From positions 1-16,934 of the forward strand of contig JBMFKU010000026.1 in NCBI GenBank assembly GCA_049971805.1: 16,934 nt of DNA. The letters are read 5' to 3'. Each line of letters begins with the position of its first letter. The stretch's first letter is position 1. The notes beneath the pieces are model-generated. The model was not told the origin of the DNA, did not search any database, and saw only the letters and a list, made by a program, of their open reading frames with translations. This DNA is from Caldisphaera sp. Its GTDB lineage: Archaea; Thermoproteota; Thermoprotei_A; Sulfolobales; Acidilobaceae. This document shows positions 1 through 7,673 of this stretch, piece after piece. The position numbers and the translations under genes are program-made.

Positions 1-38
1 CCTCGCTTGGCGTTAGGTACCTCTTCACGGTTTTCCAC
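1..38 (-). CDS. Possible 5' end of a gene running off the window (GTG start, MENREEVPNAKR...)
   Basis: The minus strand is open from GTG at 38 to the window edge. A TTTAAATA TATA-like box lies at 63-56, and the GC content is elevated like the neighbouring dehydratase gene. Only 12 codons are visible. Confidence 0.3.
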   Translation of the reverse strand, partial: MENREEVPNAKR

Positions 39-134
39 AATAGAAGTATTGGAAGTATTTAAAAGTTATGCAGAAGATATATTAGACTTATCTATCGCTG
101 TTTAAAATGTTAATAAGCAAATTAATAGAATCTA

Positions 135-1415
135 CTAAAGCTCGAAGCCAGGCCAATACCTCCTTGCTGCCTTTTCGTCGATGTCAACCCCAAGGCCAGG
201 TTCATCAATTAACCTTATTACTCCTCCGCCAGAGATGTCTATAATTCTCTTTTTTGACTTAATTATCTCATCCCAGAGGGATAGGTCATGCCCGTGGAAC
301 TCAAGCATGCCAAAAGTGTTGCCCACAGATGCTGCATGAACGGCTGCCATTGTAGCTATTGGTGACCCTATATTATGTGGAGATACTTCAATGTCGTAAA
401 GTGATGCTAGCTCCTCAATTCTTCTTTGCTCAGTTATGCCACCTGCCTTTGTAGGGTCTGGGGCCCACACCCTTATGCCAGTACTGAGAAGGTCTTTAAA
501 TTGATATATTGTATACAGATTTTCGCCAACCTCTATTGGCACGGAGCAATTAGCAGTTATTAACTTCAGCTCGTCAAAGTTTGTCGTCGTTATCACGGCA
601 GGAGTGGGATCCTCAATCCAGTGAGGATTTATATCTTTAAGTGCATGACAAATAGCTATTCCTGTGTTTATATCATATCTCCAGTGAAGGTCAAACATTA
701 TATCAACATCATAACCTACAGCATCCCTCACACCCCCAGCCAAGGAAGCAAGGTATTTGATCTCTAAAGGGGAGAGCCTACCGCTCCTAAGTCTGTTTGG
801 ATCAGAGGCTGGTGTTGGTACATCTAGGTCGAACTTAATGGCCTTCCAGCCTTCTGCCTTAAGCTCCTTAGCCCTTGTTGCATAAGCCTCTGGTGAGTAG
901 TCCAGGTTCCAGCCTTCCGAAGTGAGCCTACCATGTACTGGGCTGGGCTCCTTAATTCTTTCTCTCTCTATATTGCTTGATGAGGCCCACTGTGGCTCAA
1001 CAGGCATTAGGGTAGAGTTCATCGCCTCGAGTCCCTTGCCTCCGTGAGCATCTACGTAAACTGGTATTTCAGTCCGATCTCCGCCCAGTATCGCATATAC
1101 TGGTATGTTAAGGTACTTACCTATGAGATCATAAAGGGCAATATCTATGGCAGATATAATATGGTATGTCGACGTACCTGCATATAGTGTGGCCCACCTA
1201 AGCTTCTGAAGCACTCTGTTTGGCTTAAGGGCGTCCTCACCAACTATTATATTGCCTAACTTCCTTGCTATCTCGGAAGCCCCAGGTGTTGGTCCTGCCT
1301 CTCCGGTGCCATAAAGATCCCCTGAATAAACCCTTAAAAACGTCCACTCAAAGTTTGCCTGAACTGTGTAAGCAGAAACCTTTGTTATTTTAAGCTCCCT
1401 CAAAGAAGTCACCAC
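135..1415 (-). CDS. Mandelate racemase/muconate lactonizing enzyme family protein (enolase superfamily), probable sugar-acid (gluconate/xylonate/galactonate-type) dehydratase
   Basis: N-terminal capping domain (GTGEA, SAIDIALYDLIGK..PVYAILGG). Barrel motifs AIKFDLD, MFDLHW, WIEDP, VGENL, SPHN, LEFH and PGLGVDID. Substrate assignment is inference. Confidence 0.9.
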   Translation of the reverse strand: MVTSLRELKITKVSAYTVQANFEWTFLRVYSGDLYGTGEAGPTPGASEIARKLGNIIVGEDALKPNRVLQKLRWATLYAGTSTYHIISAIDIALYDLIGKYLNIPVYAILGGDRTEIPVYVDAHGGKGLEAMNSTLMPVEPQWASSSNIERERIKEPSPVHGRLTSEGWNLDYSPEAYATRAKELKAEGWKAIKFDLDVPTPASDPNRLRSGRLSPLEIKYLASLAGGVRDAVGYDVDIMFDLHWRYDINTGIAICHALKDINPHWIEDPTPAVITTTNFDELKLITANCSVPIEVGENLYTIYQFKDLLSTGIRVWAPDPTKAGGITEQRRIEELASLYDIEVSPHNIGSPIATMAAVHAASVGNTFGMLEFHGHDLSLWDEIIKSKKRIIDISGGGVIRLIDEPGLGVDIDEKAARRYWPGFEL

Positions 1416-1421
1416 TTTTAA

Positions 1422-1665
1422 TTAAGGTGGGCTACTGAATTATATACATTTATGTCAAATGGGGAAAGCGCAGTTTTTGAAGGAAATATAATTGTTGATG
1501 CAACAGGTAATGGAGGCTTTTGAGAATGCATCTACCAAAAGAATGGCACCAAATGAACCATTAAATCCTTTAGACACGAACATAACATATGGTGAAAAGA
1601 AACATTTCCTGTTGCGCATTGAAGCAAAATTAGAGCGAAAAAGTAAAAGAAAATTAGAATATTAA
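1422..1665 (+). pseudogene. Possible degraded fragment of an FAD-dependent oxidoreductase, followed by a 55-codon ORF in another frame
   Basis: Frame 1422-1523 reads LRWATELYTFMSNGESAVFEGNIIVDATGNGGF*, with a hhhDATG flavoprotein-like motif. The overlapping frame 1498-1665 reads MQQVMEAFENASTKRMAPNEPLNPLDT...LEY*. Confidence 0.3.
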
Positions 1666-1953
1666 TATAATAGAAAGCCTAAGTAGTTTTAATACCCTAA
1701 CGATTAGAGAGTACAGTATTTAGAATGTACATTACTATTTCATTCACTTTTAACTCAGAAGTATTTATTACTATTTTATTTAAGCTCGCATTTTTAGGAA
1801 AATTAATAAAATCTTTGTTATTTTCATACTGTTCATATACCATCTTAAAATGTTACCTAAATTCATTTATCATTTGTGTTATGTTAGTGCTTATGATTTC
1901 GTTATACAATTGCTTATTATCTATTTTTTCTTGTATGCTCCTTTTATGGCTTA

Positions 1954-2031
1954 TGGCGGACCCGGGGGGATTTGAACCCCCGACATTCGGCTTAGAGGGC
2001 CGACGCTCTATCCTGGCTGAGCCACGGGTCC
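1954..2031 (-). tRNA. tRNA-Arg(UCU), no intron, CCA encoded, non-canonical C33
   Basis: Reverse complement folds as a cloverleaf: GGACCCG TG GCTC AGCCAGGATA GAGC G TCGGC CCTCTAA GCCGA ATGTC GGGGG TTCAAAT CCCCC CGGGTCC G CCA. Anticodon at 1996-1994. Confidence 0.96.
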
Positions 2032-2085
2032 TCGCGGCCCGCCTTGAATTAGGCTAAGGGCTCTAGGAGCCTTTTCGCCTCGCAT
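2032..2085 (-). ncRNA. GC-rich structured leader or small tRNA-like RNA directly 5' of tRNA-Arg
   Basis: GC-rich island in AT-rich intergenic DNA with two hairpins, GGCTC-CTA-GAGCC (2071-2059) and GCCT-AATTCA-AGGC (2054-2041). It lies between the putative promoter and tRNA G1. Confidence 0.45.
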
Positions 2086-2105
2086 TTTAAACTAGATTAA
2101 ATTTG

Positions 2106-2120
2106 GTTATATGCTTTTTT
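2106..2120 (-). promoter_or_regulatory. Putative BRE/TATA promoter for the leader plus tRNA-Arg transcript
   Basis: Minus strand reads AAAAAAGCATATAAC. The spacing predicts a start site near 2083-2085. Confidence 0.5.
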
Positions 2121-2402
2121 GTTTAATCTTTTATGTTTTCTGCAATAAGGTATAATAAAAAATTTCTTTCTGCTTGAAGTATGAGAAGCAGGTCTTTTAT
2201 TTTAAATGTCTTGGAGAATCTTTCACACAGAACTAAGTAATTATATTATGAAAGATCAAAATCTAGAATTTCCTAGTTTTTTATGTTTTCAAAGGTTTAT
2301 TTAATTAATGGTAAATAGATATTACTCCCATTAAGAGTTAAAAATGTGCTTGCAAAACCTAAAGTTGTAGATAGGAAATTAGATAAAGCAGGGTGCGTAG
2401 AG

Positions 2403-3047
2403 TTGCCTTTAAACAATGATATATTAATAGATGGAATAGATAAAGCAATGAAGTTAGGAAAACAGAGAAGGTTTAAGCAAAGCTTAGAACTAATAGTTTC
2501 CTTAAAAGATATTAACTTAAAGAGCAACGAAGGCAAATTTAGAGAGGTTGTATATTTACCCCATATGCCATCAAAAGAAGCTAAGATATGCGTAATTGCA
2601 TCAGGTGATTTATTGTTAGAAGCAAAAAAATTTGGTCTTAGAGCAATATCTAGGGAAGAGCTAAGTGCTATGAAAGGCAATAAGAAAACAACAAGGGTTC
2701 TCGCTAACAGTTGCGATTGGCTGTTAGTTTCTTCTGATTTGATGGGTCTTGTTGGGAGCATTTTAGGACCCGCCCTTGGACCAAGAGGTAAGGTACCAAT
2801 AGCCATATCTCCTAAAGCAAACTTGAGTGATATTATAAATAATTATAGGAGAGCTGTTTGGGCAAGAATTAGGAATGAACCCCAAGTACAATGTGTTGTA
2901 GGAACAGAGGATATGAAATCTAATGACATAGCAGAAAATATAAATGTTTTGTATAACACAATAGAATCAAAGCTAGGAGCTGCAAAAATAGGCAAGGTCT
3001 ATATTAAAAAGACCATGGGTATGCCTGTTGAAATACCTTTGAGGTGA
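2403..3047 (+). CDS. rpl1: 50S ribosomal protein L1 (uL1)
   Basis: RRFKQSLELIVSLKDINLK, VYLPH, LGPALGPRGKVP, VGTEDM, IAENI and YIKKTMG are uL1 motifs. TTG 2403 is preferred over GTG 2346 because an SD-like GGGTG lies just upstream. Confidence 0.95.
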   Translation: MPLNNDILIDGIDKAMKLGKQRRFKQSLELIVSLKDINLKSNEGKFREVVYLPHMPSKEAKICVIASGDLLLEAKKFGLRAISREELSAMKGNKKTTRVLANSCDWLLVSSDLMGLVGSILGPALGPRGKVPIAISPKANLSDIINNYRRAVWARIRNEPQVQCVVGTEDMKSNDIAENINVLYNTIESKLGAAKIGKVYIKKTMGMPVEIPLR

Positions 3048-3052
3048 TATAA

Positions 3053-4069
3053 ATGTCGATAGCTTTGCAAAAAAGAGGAAGAAAGGAGCCACCGGAGGAG
3101 AAAAAGAAAGAGCTCGAATATTTAATTAGTTTAGCTAAAAATAAAAAATATATAATTTTTGCCGATTTACATTCTCTGCCAGCAAAACAGTTGCAAATAA
3201 TTAAAAAGCAACTTAGAAATGAAGCTGTTTTTAGGGTTTCGAGAAAGAATTTAGTTATTATGGCATTAGAAAAAATTGGATTAAAGAAGGAGCAACTAAT
3301 TCCTTATATAAAAAATGGTGTAATGGTTATATTTACAGATACAAATCCGTTTAGGGTATCGTTATTGATAGACAAGCTAAAGGTGCCAGCTCCTGCAAAA
3401 GCAGGATTGCAAGCACCTAAAGAAATTGTTGTTCCAGAGGGAGATACAAACATAAGACCAGGACCTATGGTAAGCGTTTTTGGTAAGTTAAAGATACCAT
3501 ATGAGGTAAGAAAGGGAACAATTTATATAAAAAGCGATACTGTAGTAGCAAAGAAGGGGGATGTAATATCACCAGAACTTGCCAGCCTTTTGCAGCAGCT
3601 TGGAATACAACCATTTGAAATTGGATTAAGCTTAGTAGCTGCATGGGATAAATCAATAATAATACCTCAAGATTTACTGCATATAGATTTAGAGTTAACA
3701 AAGAACGATTTAATACAGGCAGATAGAGAAGCCATAGAATTGGCTGTTGAAACGGCTTATTTAGCTGTTTCAGAGGCATTAACATTGGTTTTAGTTGCAG
3801 CAGAAAGGGGAGCGGAAAGGATAATTCAAGAAACTGGGCTTACTATAGATACAAGCACAGCAGAAACATCTATTAAAGAAGCTTTTAATGAAGAGCAAGC
3901 TGTAGTAGCCTCTCTCGGCGATAAAGCAAAAGATTTAGGTCTTGAAATAATTAGCAAATCCGTAGAGCAACAAAAAGCAGAGAAGAAGGAAGAAAAGAAA
4001 GAGGAGAAGAAGGAAGAAGAACAAAAAGAAGTAGATGTTAGTGAAGGTCTAAGTGGTTTATTTGGGTAA
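3053..4069 (+). CDS. rplP0: 50S ribosomal protein L10 / acidic stalk protein P0 (uL10)
   Basis: FTDTNPF, PAPAKAG..APKEIVVPEGDT..RPGP, LGIQPFEIGL, and the acidic tail EEKKEEKKEEE...EGLSGLFG. SD GAGGTGA overlaps the rpl1 stop. Confidence 0.96.
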   Translation: MSIALQKRGRKEPPEEKKKELEYLISLAKNKKYIIFADLHSLPAKQLQIIKKQLRNEAVFRVSRKNLVIMALEKIGLKKEQLIPYIKNGVMVIFTDTNPFRVSLLIDKLKVPAPAKAGLQAPKEIVVPEGDTNIRPGPMVSVFGKLKIPYEVRKGTIYIKSDTVVAKKGDVISPELASLLQQLGIQPFEIGLSLVAAWDKSIIIPQDLLHIDLELTKNDLIQADREAIELAVETAYLAVSEALTLVLVAAERGAERIIQETGLTIDTSTAETSIKEAFNEEQAVVASLGDKAKDLGLEIISKSVEQQKAEKKEEKKEEKKEEEQKEVDVSEGLSGLFG

Positions 4070-4083
4070 TTCAGAGGGCAAAC

Positions 4084-4491
4084 ATGACCTTAGAAGAGCA
4101 ATATTACGATTTTATATGGAACACTGTTAGAAAGGGTTTGGATTCTGATGGTATAATTTCCTTAAATATTTATAATAAGCTTTTAAAAAATTTTTTAGAA
4201 AAGTACAAAGGTAAAAATTTCTTTGATTTGCCGTTAGTGTATAGATTTTACCTAGTTGTTGAGGCTTTTTTGTATACAACTATCGAACAGGTTTTAAGCT
4301 TAATCCAAGAGACTGATGAATACAGTAGAGATATTGAAAATCTTTTCAATGTGATCTTGAAAGTCTTAGATGGTTTGTTAAGGGATGTTTCTCAGGAACA
4401 GGCTGAATACAAAGCTGATATCTTACGATATAAAAAAATACAATTTTTAATGGACTTTTTAAGATATATTATTTATAATTATAGATTTTAA
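4084..4491 (+). CDS. Hypothetical protein (135 aa, likely alpha-helical)
   Basis: ORF starts 14 bp after the rplP0 stop with an SD-like GAGGG. No recognisable motif. Confidence 0.65.
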   Translation: MTLEEQYYDFIWNTVRKGLDSDGIISLNIYNKLLKNFLEKYKGKNFFDLPLVYRFYLVVEAFLYTTIEQVLSLIQETDEYSRDIENLFNVILKVLDGLLRDVSQEQAEYKADILRYKKIQFLMDFLRYIIYNYRF

Positions 4492-4558
4492 TTTCCTATA
4501 AAAATCTATATTAATTTAAATAATTAATGTCAGAAAGAAAATAAATATAAATTTTAAT

Positions 4559-4568
4559 CTGTATACAG
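4559..4568. promoter_or_regulatory. Putative GntR operator (perfect palindrome CTGTATACAG)
   Basis: Fits the GntR-family GT-N-AC palindrome pattern. Sits between a TATA-like ATAAATATAAA (about 4541-4551) and the SD GAGGGGG of the gntR gene. Confidence 0.55.
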
Positions 4569-4584
4569 TAAGAGGGGGATAAAG

Positions 4585-5253
4585 ATGTCGGAAAATGAGA
4601 CAGAAAAGCAAACAAAATATTCAGATATAGTATATGACCTTCTTAAAAAGGATATACTTAATAGAAGATTCGAGCCTAAAGATAAGTTAAGTGAAACTGC
4701 TCTTGCAAAAATCTATAATGTAAGCAGAACTCCAGTAAGAGAAGCATTGCATAAGCTAGAAAAAGAAGGGTTAGTTGTAAAATTAAGTGATGGTTATCAT
4801 GTTGGTTTCTTGACAAAAGAGCAAATACTAAAGTTGTTTGAGGTCAGGGCAATTCTTGAAGGTTTGGCTGCAGAAAGAGCAGCACTCAATAGAAATCCAG
4901 AGCTATTGAAAAGGTTAAGAGAAGCAGCAGAAGCCTTTAAAAAAATTAACAAAAATGATGCACTCGCGGCAGCTCAAGCTAACAGCGAGTTTCATGATAT
5001 AATAGCGGATTTAAGTGATAACGAATATCTAAGAGATATACTTAAAGATATAAGAAATAAGCTAGCAATAGTTAGGATAGATCTATTTGCTTCAGTAAAC
5101 AGAGTAGAGCAAGAAATAGATGAGCATTGGAAAATTTATGAAGCTATAGAGAAGGGGGATCCGAAAGAGGCAAGAGAAGCAGCATTAAGGCACCAGAATA
5201 ATTTAATAGAATTCGTTAAGTCAAAAAAGATGGTTGGAGGTTTACTAATATAA
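4585..5253 (+). CDS. GntR family transcriptional regulator (FadR subfamily, FCD domain)
   Basis: Winged HTH LSETALAKIYNVSRTPVREALHKLEKEGLV. FCD motifs LFEVRAILE, NSEFH, EHWKIYEAI..GD and H. Confidence 0.93.
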   Translation: MSENETEKQTKYSDIVYDLLKKDILNRRFEPKDKLSETALAKIYNVSRTPVREALHKLEKEGLVVKLSDGYHVGFLTKEQILKLFEVRAILEGLAAERAALNRNPELLKRLREAAEAFKKINKNDALAAAQANSEFHDIIADLSDNEYLRDILKDIRNKLAIVRIDLFASVNRVEQEIDEHWKIYEAIEKGDPKEAREAALRHQNNLIEFVKSKKMVGGLLI

Positions 5254-5367
5254 ATTAAAATACGATAAAGTTTAATATATCTTTTAATTCAATCTTTTAT
5301 AATATCTTTAATCTTTAATACTATAATTTTTAAGCATTAATTTTTAATTATATTTGGGGTAATAAAG

Positions 5368-6360
5368 ATGTCACTTAGATTAGGAACAAAAATTACAAGA
5401 CCTCCAAAAGGAGAACGTTATGATACGTTAATAGTAGGCGGGGGACCAGCTGGTTTCTCAGCAGCAATATATGCATCTAGGTTCTTGCTAAAATCTGCTA
5501 TAGTTGCTGAAGAAATAGGTGGACAGCTAAATCTGACCGATGTCGTAGATGATTATCCTGCTACTCTTTCTATTAAGGCTTCAGAACTTGTTTCAAGGTT
5601 TAGAGAGCATGCTGAAAAATTATTTAGAGTACCAGTTTATGAATTTATTTCAGTAAAAAAATTTGATAAAGTGCAAGAAGAATATCATGTAGTTGGTAGT
5701 AATGGGTTAGATGTATATGCTAAAACAATCATATTGGCTGTTGGCTCAAAAAGAAGAAAATTAAATGTACCTGGAGAAAATGAATTTGCAGGAAAAGGGG
5801 TAAGCTATTGTAGTATTTGCGATGCACCTCTGTATAAAGGAAGAGATAGCGTTGTTGTGGTTGGTGGAGGAGATGCTGCACTAGAAGGGGCTTTATTATT
5901 AAGCGGCTATGTAAAAAAAGTTTATTTGGTCCACAGAAGGGATCAGTTTAGGGCAAAGCCTTTTTATGTTACACAGGTTTTAAACAAGAAAAACATTGAT
6001 ATTCTTTATAATAGTTTAGTCATAGAAATAAAGGGAGATACTTTAGTAAAGGGTGCCATTGTTCAGAACAAGAAAACTCAAGAAAAGAAGGAATTATTGA
6101 TAGATGGAATCTTTATAGAAATAGGATTTGAGCCTCCAAAGGAATGGTATCAATCATTGGGCTTAGAAACGGATGAGCTGGGTTATATTAAAGTTGATGA
6201 TTGGATGAAAACAAATTTACCAGGGGTTTTTGCTGCTGGCGATGCTACAAGTAAATGGAGGGGGTTTAGGCAAATAGTTAATGCAGCAGCATCTGGAGCT
6301 ATAGCCGCTTACAGCGCGTATACATATTTGACGGAAAAGCTATCTAGTGTGGTGAAATAA
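5368..6360 (+). CDS. trxB: Thioredoxin reductase
   Basis: GGGPAG (FAD), GKGVSYCSICD (redox CxxC), VVGGGDAA (NADPH), HRRDQFRA and TNLPGVFAAGD. Confidence 0.92.
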   Translation: MSLRLGTKITRPPKGERYDTLIVGGGPAGFSAAIYASRFLLKSAIVAEEIGGQLNLTDVVDDYPATLSIKASELVSRFREHAEKLFRVPVYEFISVKKFDKVQEEYHVVGSNGLDVYAKTIILAVGSKRRKLNVPGENEFAGKGVSYCSICDAPLYKGRDSVVVVGGGDAALEGALLLSGYVKKVYLVHRRDQFRAKPFYVTQVLNKKNIDILYNSLVIEIKGDTLVKGAIVQNKKTQEKKELLIDGIFIEIGFEPPKEWYQSLGLETDELGYIKVDDWMKTNLPGVFAAGDATSKWRGFRQIVNAAASGAIAAYSAYTYLTEKLSSVVK

Positions 6361-7412
6361 TGGCACAGCTAAAAGTTGAAGATGTATATGATGCACTTAA
6401 TGAAAGACTTAAAAAGCAAGGATATCATTTAGTTGGAAATCATAGCTCAGTTAAAAAGTGTTTTTGGAATCATGCTGCAATAACTGAACATAGATTCTGT
6501 TATAAATGTAAATTTTATGGTATTGAGAGCCATAGGTGCATTCAGTTAAGCGTTTCAAACCATTGGTGTTGGAATGCATGCACGCATTGTTGGAGGCTTA
6601 GGCCTCAAGATGTAGGACTAGAATGGAATGAAACTGTTATGCCTTATAATGATGATCCTAAGTTTATTATGGACAATGCTATAAAAGAATATAGAAGAAT
6701 AATGAGCGGATATAAAGGAAGACCTGGAACTGATTTAAAGATGTATGAAGAAGCTATGAATCCTAAGCACGTAGCAATAAGTTTAACAGGAGAACCGACA
6801 TTATATCCTAGGCTGGGAGAACTTATTAAGGAAATACATAATAGGGGCATGTCTTCATTTTTGGTAACAAGGGGTATTAGGCCTGATGTTTTAGGAAACC
6901 TTGAGGAAGAACCATCCCAAATATATATAAGCCTAGAGGCATGGGATAAAGAGTCATATAATTTATTTAATAAGCCTTTGGTACCAAGAGGTTGGGAATT
7001 GACTTTAGAAACCCTTGAAATGCTACCTAGCTTTTCGTCGACAACTGTTTATAGAATAACTTTGGTTAAAGGGTTTAACGATACCGATGAGGCAGTAAAA
7101 GGGTTTGCTAGGCTAATAAAACTGGGCATGCCAAGCTATATCGAAGTTAAGGCATTTATGTATGTGGGGGCTAGTAAAATAAGACTTACAAAGGATAATA
7201 TGCCAAGCTATAATTACGTTAAAGAAATTGCAAACAAAATAAGCGAAGAGAGTGGATACCCAATGGTTAGCGAAAGTATACCCAGCAGAATAGTTCTATT
7301 AAGCAATTTAGAAAAACCAGTAAGATATGGTAATGGTTGCCCAATGGGATGGAGTCATAAAGAAGATAATAAACCAGGAGAATATGAGGTATGCGATGAA
7401 GATTGCTCATAA
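6360..7412 (+). CDS. taw1: 4-demethylwyosine synthase (radical SAM, Taw1/TYW1)
   Basis: GYHLVGNHSSVKKCFW, CYKCKFYGIESHRCIQ, radical SAM CWNACTHCWR, PKHVAISLTGEP and YIEVKAFMYVG. Start overlaps the trxB stop (TAATG). Confidence 0.95.
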   Translation: MAQLKVEDVYDALNERLKKQGYHLVGNHSSVKKCFWNHAAITEHRFCYKCKFYGIESHRCIQLSVSNHWCWNACTHCWRLRPQDVGLEWNETVMPYNDDPKFIMDNAIKEYRRIMSGYKGRPGTDLKMYEEAMNPKHVAISLTGEPTLYPRLGELIKEIHNRGMSSFLVTRGIRPDVLGNLEEEPSQIYISLEAWDKESYNLFNKPLVPRGWELTLETLEMLPSFSSTTVYRITLVKGFNDTDEAVKGFARLIKLGMPSYIEVKAFMYVGASKIRLTKDNMPSYNYVKEIANKISEESGYPMVSESIPSRIVLLSNLEKPVRYGNGCPMGWSHKEDNKPGEYEVCDEDCS

Positions 7413-7673
7413 TAAACCATAATTGATAAAATTTTAAATTATTAATATTTATTAAGAATCCGCTTCCTAGTACTGTGAAGATAATAAGATTTATAAATAT
7501 TAAACAGCTTATATAGTTACGAGATAGCAATGAAGGAGTGCCAGCATAAGATTAGCTTTAGGCTAAAGATGCATGGAATCTTTAGTTATCTGCTCCCCAG
7601 ATGAAAGATGCAAATGGATGGGAGAGAATTTTAACTTCAAAGAAAACATTTAGGGCGTGTATAGATAGGTAAG

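Noticed and set aside
509-520. TGTATACA cores inside coding regions (510-517 and 4271-4278) similar to the GntR palindrome
   Set aside because: Intragenic, and expected by chance in AT-rich DNA.
1986-2004. Reading tRNA-Arg as an amber suppressor or tRNA-Pyl (CUCUAA in the loop)
   Set aside because: The anticodon stem register centres UCU, the body is a typical tRNA-Arg, and no pyl genes are present in the window.
1725-2057. 110-aa plus-strand ORF
   Set aside because: Low-complexity AT-rich translation that runs antisense through tRNA-Arg; likely spurious.
2297-2806. 169-aa minus-strand ORF
   Set aside because: Antisense shadow of rpl1.
3465-3785. 106-aa minus-strand ORF
   Set aside because: Antisense shadow of rplP0.
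3975-4030. GAAGAAGGAAGAA-type purine repeats
   Set aside because: They encode the normal E/K-rich hinge of P0 and are not a DNA repeat element.
6644-7530. Minus-strand ORFs 6644-6850 and 7267-7530
   Set aside because: Antisense to taw1, with no motifs.
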